A stretch of DNA of 13,501 nucleotides from Candidatus Hydrothermarchaeota archaeon. Lineage in GTDB: Archaea; CAYFZR01. This document shows, in pieces, positions 6,361 to 13,501 of the stretch. The notes under the pieces were generated by a model. It ran no database searches, was not told the origin of the DNA, and worked only from the letters and a program-made list of their open reading frames with translations. Positions within the stretch are counted from its first letter, which is position 1. Each line of letters begins with the position of its first letter. The position numbers were made by a program, and so were the translations under genes. The stretch is taken from NCBI GenBank assembly GCA_046760505.1, contig JBHIEG010000038.1, positions 1 through 13,501 of the forward strand, in the 5' to 3' direction.

Positions 6361-8409
6361 TTATTTATTGTAAATGGTTTCTTCTTTTCTGAAGTCATCC
6401 TGATTAAAAGTTCTGATTAAAAGTATAGATACGATATAGAAAATCATTAACGAAAATCCCGCGATCATTCCGGCTGCGAGGATCACTTCACTTTTGCTTT
6501 TTTCTATGATTGATTTTGCATTCCTTGCTTTCAAATAAGCTGTTTTTGCATTGTTTATGGCATTGCTTTCTTCCTTGATTGCATCATCATATTTTCCAGA
6601 AAAATAAAGTTGTTCTGCCTTTGAATAACTCATTTTCGCATTCTGTAAATATATTTTCGCCTCGTTCAGATTTGAGATCGCGTTTCTCATGTTAGATCCC
6701 ATTACTGGCAAGTTATAAGAATTTACAGCAATATTTGCTTCATAAACATGATTTTTCGTCACGTTTATCTCTTTGTTGGCGTATTCTAGAGATTTTTCTA
6801 TTACTTCGCTGGATAGCATATCAATATCGTGGATTGCTTTTCTTAGGTATATCTCAGCCGGAACTGTCAGGTTAAAAATTCTTTCGTAATCGCTTCGGGA
6901 ATACAATTCTTCTGCATCTCTTATTAAGGATTTTGCATTTTCAATCTTTTTTGAATCATCTGAAAGCCTGTCTCTTTGAGCCTTAAGGCTTACTCCCCAA
7001 CTCGAAATTACCTTTATTCTTTTATCAGCAGCATCGTAACCTCTCTCCGCATCTTCCAAAAGCGAGTGCAATCTTTTTAAATATTCTTCCGATCTCATCT
7101 TTGGAAGGGTTACTGCCTTCGAAACTATCAGGGAGATTTTAGATGATTCTATCGTATTTTTCTGGTCAAGGAAAGTATAATCTACTCTGACAGGTTTTAA
7201 AATGTAACTTCCTCTTTGGTTGCCTTTTATACGATATGACAAAATCTCAGCATCATAGGGTCCAAGCAGAATATTCCAGTAGTTTGTTCCTATTCTAGTT
7301 AGCCCTGCCGGAAGTTTTTCATCCATTACGACTGCATTTACTCTGCCCCCCTTATGATTTCTTACCTCTATGTGCACTCCAATGATTTCCCCTTTCTCTA
7401 TGACTTGCTTTTCTAGTATTTTATGAACCGTAATTTCCGGTTCCATCCTAGAATAGTCAAGTATCAAACCGATTATTTTGGCATTTTTATCGATTCTAGG
7501 TTTATTCGTTTTTTCATCGAACCAAATACCATCTTTTTGAATATCGATTAGGTAATTAACACCATTTTTCACAGATATCAGATATCTTTGATCTACAGTT
7601 ACTTCATAGAGATAAAGCAATGCGCTAGCGCAATTGCTCGTGACATCCATATCATTCATCCAGCTTCCGTTCTCCTTTTGGGCATTGACCAAATAATCTC
7701 CGGCAGCGGTTGCAGCACTCAAGTATTTAAAATCTCTCGATATTTTGAACAGATCCACCATGGATACGATGACAAAAGGAGTTGAATAAGGGGAAGAGTG
7801 AAGTTCAGATATTTTTGCCTCAGTGCAATCATTTAATGCGGCGTATGGAAATCCACCATCTAGGGTTTGAACTTTTAACAGGGAGCCTCCTATGTTAAGA
7901 GTCTTTTCATATAACCATCTGTCCTCAGTTAACATATACAACGAAGCCATATCATGCAGGTAAAGGCCTACTTCTTTTATGTTCTTTGTTCCACAGCTCT
8001 TACAGAAGAATTCAATTGTTTTTTCGGTGGATTCTAGATATTCTTCCGAGTTATCATAGTTGTACATTGAGAGAAGAGCATCCCCTACAAGTGAACTTTC
8101 CCAGAACATTGTTTCCTCTGTTCCCCACCTAAACCCTCCTATGTTATGTTCGAATAACCACCTAGTGCCCTCTTCGGCTTTTTCGAGATATTTCTTATCG
8201 AGTGTATTTAGGTAAAGTTTTGTCAGGCTTTTTACCACTATAGCTGTTTGCTCTGCTCTTGACCTCGAGCCTTCGAATCTACCCCATCCTCCATCCTCAT
8301 TTTGAACTGATAAGAGCCAATTTGCACATTTTTTCGAAATTTCAATCTTATCTTCCGCATATATCGGGGTTGTAAGCAGAAGCATGATACAAAAAATTGC
8401 TAGGCGCAT
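6361..8409 (-). CDS. Membrane-anchored surface protein: prenyltransferase/squalene-cyclase-repeat alpha/alpha toroid, DUF11-like domain, helical stalk, C-terminal TM
   Basis: Signal peptide ending PIYA. QW-like repeats WLLSVQNEDGGWG, LLKVQTLDGGFP, YLVNAQKENGSW and YLIDIQKDGIW. DUF11 pattern PEITVHK...GE...VRN...DEKLP. TM VILAAGMIAGFSLMIFYIVSILLI. Shine-Dalgarno-like GAGGATGA at 8413-8420. Confidence 0.8.
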   Translation of the reverse strand: MRLAIFCIMLLLTTPIYAEDKIEISKKCANWLLSVQNEDGGWGRFEGSRSRAEQTAIVVKSLTKLYLNTLDKKYLEKAEEGTRWLFEHNIGGFRWGTEETMFWESSLVGDALLSMYNYDNSEEYLESTEKTIEFFCKSCGTKNIKEVGLYLHDMASLYMLTEDRWLYEKTLNIGGSLLKVQTLDGGFPYAALNDCTEAKISELHSSPYSTPFVIVSMVDLFKISRDFKYLSAATAAGDYLVNAQKENGSWMNDMDVTSNCASALLYLYEVTVDQRYLISVKNGVNYLIDIQKDGIWFDEKTNKPRIDKNAKIIGLILDYSRMEPEITVHKILEKQVIEKGEIIGVHIEVRNHKGGRVNAVVMDEKLPAGLTRIGTNYWNILLGPYDAEILSYRIKGNQRGSYILKPVRVDYTFLDQKNTIESSKISLIVSKAVTLPKMRSEEYLKRLHSLLEDAERGYDAADKRIKVISSWGVSLKAQRDRLSDDSKKIENAKSLIRDAEELYSRSDYERIFNLTVPAEIYLRKAIHDIDMLSSEVIEKSLEYANKEINVTKNHVYEANIAVNSYNLPVMGSNMRNAISNLNEAKIYLQNAKMSYSKAEQLYFSGKYDDAIKEESNAINNAKTAYLKARNAKSIIEKSKSEVILAAGMIAGFSLMIFYIVSILLIRTFNQDDFRKEETIYNK

Positions 8410-8547
8410 TATTCATCCTCATGGGGTTATGTTTGTATATCTATGAATTTACCGTGAGAGAATAAACAATTTACATAGACAAAATTGCGGTATAGGGGAA
8501 CAATTTTGCCAAGATATGTTATTTAATTTTTAATTACTCTCTTTAAT

Positions 8548-9726
8548 TCATCTCATCAATTTTAAAGATTCTAAATAATCGCTCTTTCCGGTTTCTAAAA
8601 TCTCAGAAACTTCTTTCGCAACTCTTTTCCCGATTCCCGAAATTTCTTCCAGTTTTCCTTTTATGTAGATTTTTTCTATGTCTTCTTTCAGTTCTTCTAT
8701 TACTTCCGCAGCTTTTTTGTATGTTATTATTTTGTACTGGTCCTCTCCTCTCAGCTCTAAAAGGAAAGCAATGTGGTAAAGAGTAGATGAGACTCTGTAG
8801 TTGTTTTGAATAACTCCTTTAGGTAAGGGCCTTTCAATGTAATTTCTTATGCCGTATTTCTCACAGAAGGAAAATGCTTTTCTGTATACTTTCATTAAAT
8901 AGTCTCTGGTTGGTGAAATATTTTGATATAATCTTTTATAATTGGAAATCAACTCAGGAAAATGAATTCTTAAGATCTCAAAAAACCTTTCTTTTTGCTT
9001 ATCGCGGAGCGTCATTTCTGCTCCACACAAGACATAATCCGCTCCCGCTTCTTTAGCTCTTTTTATGACCTCCTTTATGTTCTCCTCTGCATCTAAGATG
9101 AATGGGATGATTGGACAAAACATAACCCCTGTATTTATTCCATGCTTGGCAAAATATTTCAGAGCCTCTATCCTTTTTTCTGGGGATGGTGCCCTAGGCT
9201 CAAAAATTTCCACCATTTTTCTTTCAAAGGAAGTGATGGTAAATGATACACATGCCCATGATCTTTCATTTATTTCAGAGAGGATATCCAGATCTCTCTT
9301 CACCAAATCGGATTTGGTTATTATATGCACAGGAAAGCCAAAATCCCTTAGAACTTCGAGACATTTCCTTGTTATCTCAAATTTTTTCTCAATTGATTGA
9401 TATGGGTCGGTAACGCCGCTAAACGCAATAGCATGTTTTGGATGGGAGAGTTTAGCATTAACACCAAAATCTAATAGTGTTTTAGTAGGATAGCCCATTT
9501 TCCTGATTTCTTTTCTTAAGAGATCTGGAGCATTCTTTTTTATATAAACTGTTCGATCAAAATCTTCGTGAAAGTAATATCTATGAGATCGTGAATCGCA
9601 GTACTCACAGGCGTGCTCGCATCCTTGGTATGGATTTAAAGAGTAAAGGTTCCAGAACCAAGTATCCACATATTTGAGTTTTCTCAATATTGATTTGGAC
9701 TTTATTATTTTGTATTTTACAGCCAT
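8548..9726 (-). CDS. Radical SAM protein of the SplB/Rv2578c-like DNA repair family with a C-terminal PolX 8-kDa helix-hairpin-helix domain
   Basis: LNPYQGCEHACEYC (CxxxCxxC), SGVTDPYQ, ITKSDLVKRDLD, FEPRAPSPEKR and PIIPFILD. C-terminus IAFLLELRGEDQYKIITYKKAA...ISGIGKRVAKEVSEILETGK. Confidence 0.9.
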   Translation of the reverse strand: MAVKYKIIKSKSILRKLKYVDTWFWNLYSLNPYQGCEHACEYCDSRSHRYYFHEDFDRTVYIKKNAPDLLRKEIRKMGYPTKTLLDFGVNAKLSHPKHAIAFSGVTDPYQSIEKKFEITRKCLEVLRDFGFPVHIITKSDLVKRDLDILSEINERSWACVSFTITSFERKMVEIFEPRAPSPEKRIEALKYFAKHGINTGVMFCPIIPFILDAEENIKEVIKRAKEAGADYVLCGAEMTLRDKQKERFFEILRIHFPELISNYKRLYQNISPTRDYLMKVYRKAFSFCEKYGIRNYIERPLPKGVIQNNYRVSSTLYHIAFLLELRGEDQYKIITYKKAAEVIEELKEDIEKIYIKGKLEEISGIGKRVAKEVSEILETGKSDYLESLKLMR

Positions 9727-9822
9727 ATTGAACCTTATTATCCTTCTATTCTTTTATCTATTTTTATTTTAACTATTTTAAAGAGAAATATCTTGTTTTT
9801 CCAGTTTTTCTCTAATTTCTTT

Positions 9823-9828
9823 AAAAAA
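9823..9828 (-). terminator. Oligo-T terminator after the tRNA
   Basis: TTTTTT on the minus strand, 2 nt downstream of the encoded CCA. Confidence 0.5.
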
Positions 9829-9830
9829 TT

Positions 9831-9908
9831 TGGTAGCGGGGCTTGGATTTGAACCAAGGATCTCCGGGTTATGAGCCCGGCGGGATTACCTGACTACCCC
9901 ACCCCGCT
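9831..9908 (-). tRNA. Initiator tRNA-Met (CAU), archaeal type, intronless, CCA encoded
   Basis: AGCGGGGTGGGGTAGTCAGGTAATCCCGCCGGGCTCATAACCCGGAGATCCTTGGTTCAAATCCAAGCCCCGCTACCA. A1-U72 pair, CCGGG/CCCGG anticodon stem with three consecutive G-C pairs, CAT anticodon at 9871-9873, T-loop TTCAAAT. Confidence 0.97.
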
Positions 9909-9932
9909 ACATAAGAAAAGATTTGGATCATG

Positions 9933-9948
9933 TATTTTAAGTTTTTGC
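9933..9948 (-). promoter_or_regulatory. BRE/TATA promoter of the tRNA
   Basis: Minus strand reads GCAAAAAC-TTAAAATA, ending about 25 nt upstream of the tRNA 5' end. Confidence 0.6.
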
Positions 9949-9976
9949 ATTCTTTATTTGAAGGTATTGAGGCTTT

Positions 9977-10627
9977 TTAGAGTTTTCTTTCTTCTATATC
10001 AGACACATCTATCCTATCTCTTTCTGCAATCATCATAACTGATAAGACACCTGCCTGTACGGGATCGGTCACAACCAAATCGGAAACCTCTGGGACGCTG
10101 CCAGCCATGTTCAGGGATATTACTGGAATGCCGTGTTTTTCTCTCAACTCTCTCACCGCTTGAGATATCTCTCCCCCCATTATGGAGCCGGCTAAAACCA
10201 ATATGCTGGCCCTATGCAACCTACCTACCGCTCTCACAGCCTCGGCTAAAGTTTTTTCCCCTACAAGCGGTATTGTGTCAACGCTTATCCTGTCTCCTCT
10301 AATGTTCTGCCTGTCCGCTTCTGTAACTGCTCCAAGAACAACCTGACTAACCTGCGCACCTCCACCGATAACAATAATTCTCTTTCCAAATATCTGCTGG
10401 AATGGTCTCAAAATCTCAAATTCGAGGATAAATTCTAGTTTTTTTAGATTTTCTACCATTTCATTAAATTTCTGTACCTCTTCTACCTCTAAATAAATTA
10501 AACTTGTTTTATCTCTGGAGAATGCATGGACGTAGACTATGTTCGAACCGTATTCAGCTATAATGGTGGTTATCTCCTTTAAAACACCGGGTCTATCCTC
10601 TGCAATTATATTTAATGCCCTTATCAT
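9977..10627 (-). CDS. ACT domain + DUF5612-family protein (conserved euryarchaeal putative regulator)
   Basis: ACT signature AEDRPGVLKEITTIIAEYGSNI. Family motif FGKRIIVIGGGAQVSQV..GAVTEADR.NIRG.RISVDTIPLVGE...LAGSIMGG...DPVQAG. Confidence 0.88.
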   Translation of the reverse strand: MIRALNIIAEDRPGVLKEITTIIAEYGSNIVYVHAFSRDKTSLIYLEVEEVQKFNEMVENLKKLEFILEFEILRPFQQIFGKRIIVIGGGAQVSQVVLGAVTEADRQNIRGDRISVDTIPLVGEKTLAEAVRAVGRLHRASILVLAGSIMGGEISQAVRELREKHGIPVISLNMAGSVPEVSDLVVTDPVQAGVLSVMMIAERDRIDVSDIEERKL

Positions 10628-10670
10628 GAGGTTAGTTTAAAAGGAAAAGAGATAAATTTTGTGGTAAAAA

Positions 10671-12182
10671 TCAACTTTCTTTTTCTTTCTCCTTTGAGCT
10701 AATGTCCTTGGTTATATACGCCATAAATGTATCTGGTTCTTCGTAGTAAAAGTTTATAAATCTCCTAAGTCTTTTTTGATCTCTTATTCCCTTGTTTTTA
10801 AACCAGAGCAATATTATCTCCCTTTGAGCGAGTATTTCGTTCAGTTCGGATAGGTCTATTCCTTTCGCATGGGAAATTTCTTCCAAAAACCTGCTTGGGG
10901 TCTTTAACCTCTCAAGGAGATCTGTTTTAGGATTCCACTCATATAATTTATTCATGAGCACCTTGCCAGATTCGTATCCCGCTATTTCGGATATTTCGGT
11001 TACCCTTCTGATCGAGCCCTCTACACTTTGAAATCTGTTTTGCATCACTATGAGGTCTAGGGCACCAATTAATATCTCTGGAACATTCATGGGGGCACTT
11101 GTTAATCTTGTTATCACTTCTTTAGCCGTATTCGCATGTATCGTACACAGACATCCGTCGTGACCCGTATTCATGGCAGTGAATAATGTATTCGCCTCCG
11201 GACCTCTGACTTCACCTACAATTATCCTATCTGGTCTCATTCTGAGGGTGTTTTTCACAAGATCGTCCATTGTATTATTTTTGTTTGATTGTAATTGTAT
11301 CCAGTGCTCGTGGGCAAAATTGAGTTCTAGAGTATCCTCTATTGTTATAACACGCTCGTCTATCCTGAAAAAAGATGAAAGAGTATTTAAGCTGGTGGTC
11401 TTTCCGCTAGAGGTCCCCCCAGCGAACAGTATATTTGCTCTTTTTACATTCAGACCTTCTAGACATAACCAGATAAAAGCACCGGCATTTGGTGTAATTG
11501 TATCATTGTTTATGAGGTCTATGATTGTAAATGGTTCCCTTCTAAATTTTCTAATCGTAACTGTGGTATCTTTTGACACATGTGGGCGTGTGATGTTTAC
11601 TCTGCTTCCATCTGGAAGCATAATGTCAAATAAAGAATTGGAAGAGATATCAGAGATTCCGTAACCCAAAATTAAGTCATATATATCTTTCTCCTTCGGA
11701 ATTATATTTGTCTTACACATTCCATATTTCCTGTGGACAACGTATATTGGGATGTTCTTTCCAGAGATCATTATCTCTTCCAGCTCATCGTCTTTCTCTA
11801 GAATAGAGAACTTATCTCTGAATGAATTACCGTGTTTTACGAAGTACTTGAGTTCAAGTCCGTGCTTGAATATCTTTGCGTCATCACTTTCTTCAATTGT
11901 CTTTTCACCCATTTTTTCCTCTTCAATTAAAGTTTTTATCTTCAAAATATCTAAATCAACATCAAAACTCAGATCGACGTCTTCAATTTTCTCTTCCTTC
12001 AAAATGATCTCCATTTTGTTGATATTTTTGTCTATTTCCTCCCTTCTTTTTTTGTATTCAGCCTCTGTAAATTCTCCCAACTCGTATGCGTATATTAAAT
12101 TCTCTAGTTCTTTCTCCAATGAGACCAAGGTATCCCAGATCGCATCCTTCCGCACTGCTTTCTTGATGTCATCTATCTTCAT
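10671..12182 (-). CDS. Type IV pilus/secretion ATPase, CpaF/TadA/VirB11 family
   Basis: LPDGSRVN, TIRKF, Walker A GGTSSGKT, Asp box ITIEDTLEL, Walker B RMRPDRIIVGEVRG, His box MNTGHDGCLCTIHA. Confidence 0.93.
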   Translation of the reverse strand: MKIDDIKKAVRKDAIWDTLVSLEKELENLIYAYELGEFTEAEYKKRREEIDKNINKMEIILKEEKIEDVDLSFDVDLDILKIKTLIEEEKMGEKTIEESDDAKIFKHGLELKYFVKHGNSFRDKFSILEKDDELEEIMISGKNIPIYVVHRKYGMCKTNIIPKEKDIYDLILGYGISDISSNSLFDIMLPDGSRVNITRPHVSKDTTVTIRKFRREPFTIIDLINNDTITPNAGAFIWLCLEGLNVKRANILFAGGTSSGKTTSLNTLSSFFRIDERVITIEDTLELNFAHEHWIQLQSNKNNTMDDLVKNTLRMRPDRIIVGEVRGPEANTLFTAMNTGHDGCLCTIHANTAKEVITRLTSAPMNVPEILIGALDLIVMQNRFQSVEGSIRRVTEISEIAGYESGKVLMNKLYEWNPKTDLLERLKTPSRFLEEISHAKGIDLSELNEILAQREIILLWFKNKGIRDQKRLRRFINFYYEEPDTFMAYITKDISSKEKEKES

Positions 12183-12286
12183 ACAGGATCCTTCTCTTAT
12201 GCGGTGAGTCTTACTCTCTCATCTTTCAATTTATCATCCTACTATATTACCTTAATCTAATCAACTCTAATCTGTAAAGGTGTTAT

Positions 12287-12293
12287 AAAAAAA
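12287..12293 (-). terminator. Oligo-T tract right after the DUF2101 stop, overlapping a TATA-like TTTATAAC
   Basis: T7 on the minus strand directly after the TAA at 12294. Confidence 0.35.
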
Positions 12294-13091
12294 TTATCCG
12301 AGAACCTCGAGTATCTTTTGCGGCTTGGCACTCCTAAAGGAAAAAGGTTTTTTTAGTACTGAAACCTTTACTAAATCTCCTTTCTTAGCATTAGGACCGT
12401 TCTCGAGGAAATAAATATTTGGAGAAACTCCTGAGCATAGATCATATCCAATTCTGACCTCTGCTAGCGATTCTTTTGTATCTAAAACCTTTCCAATGGT
12501 ATATTCCCTTCCATATTTCCTGTTGAAGAATAGAAAGAAAATTCCAACCGTTATTAATGCGAATAAAATTAAATAAGGGGATGGAGAGTTTGGTCCGAAT
12601 GTCCTAAGATTAGAAGGAGTGATTCTATCTACGTACAGTAAAAATAAGGGCATGAGCAGATAAAACCCAAAGAATACATAATAAGCGTTCCTGTCTTCAG
12701 GAAAAGCGAATCTAATCTGAAAAATCAGCACATAAAATACGAATGAAAAGATAAAAATCGCTATTATAAATAAGATCTTTAAAGACAAAAATCTGAATAA
12801 TGAGGCAACAACCGACAGTACAAATAGGATACTCGCTATTTGTAATTTCAACACCAAGAAGTCTTTTTTATCTGCATGAAATCTAGCCAGAAAAGAGATT
12901 AAAAACTTAGGTGGTTCTGGTATCTCTCTTTCTTTCTTTATGAGGGATTCAATTTCTTTTCTGCCAGATAATATACCTTTCTTTGTTGTTTCAGGTAATC
13001 TTATAGCGCCTTCACCTGCTCTTAACACGGCTTCACCAATGTGTTCAATCAACCTTACCGTATAGTCTCCTATTTTTCTGAAAAGTTTCAT
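12294..13091 (-). CDS. DUF2101-family multi-pass membrane protein, linked to euryarchaeal type IV pilus loci
   Basis: Four TM helices. C-terminal RKYGREYTIGKV...VRIGYDLCSGVSP..Y..EN....KGDLVKVSV...P.KILE. Purine-rich GAGGAAGTGA at 13096-13105. Confidence 0.75.
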   Translation of the reverse strand: MKLFRKIGDYTVRLIEHIGEAVLRAGEGAIRLPETTKKGILSGRKEIESLIKKEREIPEPPKFLISFLARFHADKKDFLVLKLQIASILFVLSVVASLFRFLSLKILFIIAIFIFSFVFYVLIFQIRFAFPEDRNAYYVFFGFYLLMPLFLLYVDRITPSNLRTFGPNSPSPYLILFALITVGIFFLFFNRKYGREYTIGKVLDTKESLAEVRIGYDLCSGVSPNIYFLENGPNAKKGDLVKVSVLKKPFSFRSAKPQKILEVLG

Positions 13092-13213
13092 TTCTTCACT
13101 TCCTCTTAAAATATTTGTTTCTCTGGATTTATATTTTTTATCTCGATACGGTCAAAAACTTAGATAATCTAGAGAGTTATGGAATGAAGGTGCTGAAAAA
13201 AGGAGATTTAATC

Positions 13214-13501
13214 TTAATCCTCTTCCTCTACTTCCTTATCATTATCGTCTTTTTCCTCTTCTTCATGCTTTTCCTCATATTTCATCTCTATGTCTATCTT
13301 TTCCCCTTCAGTACTCTTGGACTTGTATTCCTCTCCGCTTTCAAGTTTATACTTTATTTCTACGTTGCCATTCTTCCCATGATACTTGAACTCCTTAAGT
13401 ACGGTTTCAGGATCTAAATTTTTCAATGAAGAAGGTATTTCTATGCCTCTTGCACTTAATTCCTCTATTATATCGTCTACTTTCCTGTCCTTTATCTCTA
13501 T
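13214..13501 (-). CDS. 3' part of a hypothetical protein with a highly acidic tail; start lies outside the window
   Basis: Frame stays open past the track's TTG at 13426 to the window edge: IEIKDRKVDDIIEELSARGIEIPSSLKNLDPE...EEKHEEEEKDDNDKEVEEED. Confidence 0.7.
   Translation of the reverse strand: MEIKDRKVDDIIEELSARGIEIPSSLKNLDPETVLKEFKYHGKNGNVEIKYKLESGEEYKSKSTEGEKIDIEMKYEEKHEEEEKDDNDKEVEEED

Noticed and set aside
7620-8290. Squalene-hopene cyclase or alpha-2-macroglobulin thioester call for the 682-aa protein
   Set aside because: DMDVT is not a full DxDD motif, RAEQ lacks the Cys of CGEQ, and there is only one barrel on an exported protein.
9727-9908. tRNA 3' end as an integration site for an island carrying the radical SAM gene
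   Set aside because: No duplicated tRNA 3' end and no integrase were seen in the window. An AT-rich spacer alone is not enough, although a distant att site cannot be excluded.
10671-12182. Archaellum ATPase ArlI/FlaI or conjugative VirB11
   Set aside because: No archaellum or conjugation genes nearby. The DUF2101 neighbour fits a pilus context better, so no gene symbol was given.
13161-13171. TAGAT-A-ATCTA palindrome
   Set aside because: Short and AT-rich, so expected by chance.
1752-13417. Other short track ORFs (1752, 2123, 2363, 3144, 3476, 4301, 4718, 5985, 7588, 8874, 9065, 11173, 11752, 13115)
   Set aside because: They overlap better-supported genes, mostly antisense, and carry no motifs. 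Many are Ser/Phe/Leu-rich, as expected for the reverse complement of Lys/Glu-rich genes.
1-13501. CRISPR array, IS element or long repeat array
   Set aside because: All intergenic gaps are under about 140 nt, with no periodic repeats or transposase motifs seen by eye.

Overview
AT-rich, gene-dense archaeal (euryarchaeal) chromosomal window. The domain call rests on an archaeal initiator tRNA-Met, TATA/BRE promoters, a Methanococcales/Thermococcales-type S-layer domain, and DUF2101- and DUF5612-like genes. Positions 1-8409 hold eight consecutive exported or membrane-anchored proteins: a GATase-like/CE4 deacetylase-like protein with a degenerate active site (missed by the ORF track), a minimal S-layer-domain protein, two divergently transcribed anchor + coiled-coil + PepSY-like proteins, a DUF11 surface protein, a coiled-coil-stalked transglutaminase-like cysteine enzyme, a beta-sandwich/helical/SHOCT protein and an alpha/alpha-toroid/DUF11 protein. 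Together they are the best candidate for an undescribed cell-envelope building or remodelling system. The right part encodes an SplB/Rv2578c-like radical SAM enzyme fused to a PolX 8-kDa HhH domain, tRNA-iMet, an ACT-DUF5612 protein, a divergent CpaF/TadA-type pilus ATPase, a DUF2101 membrane protein and a partial acidic ORF. No CRISPR array, transposase or integrase was seen. All family calls come from motif recognition by eye; no searches were run.
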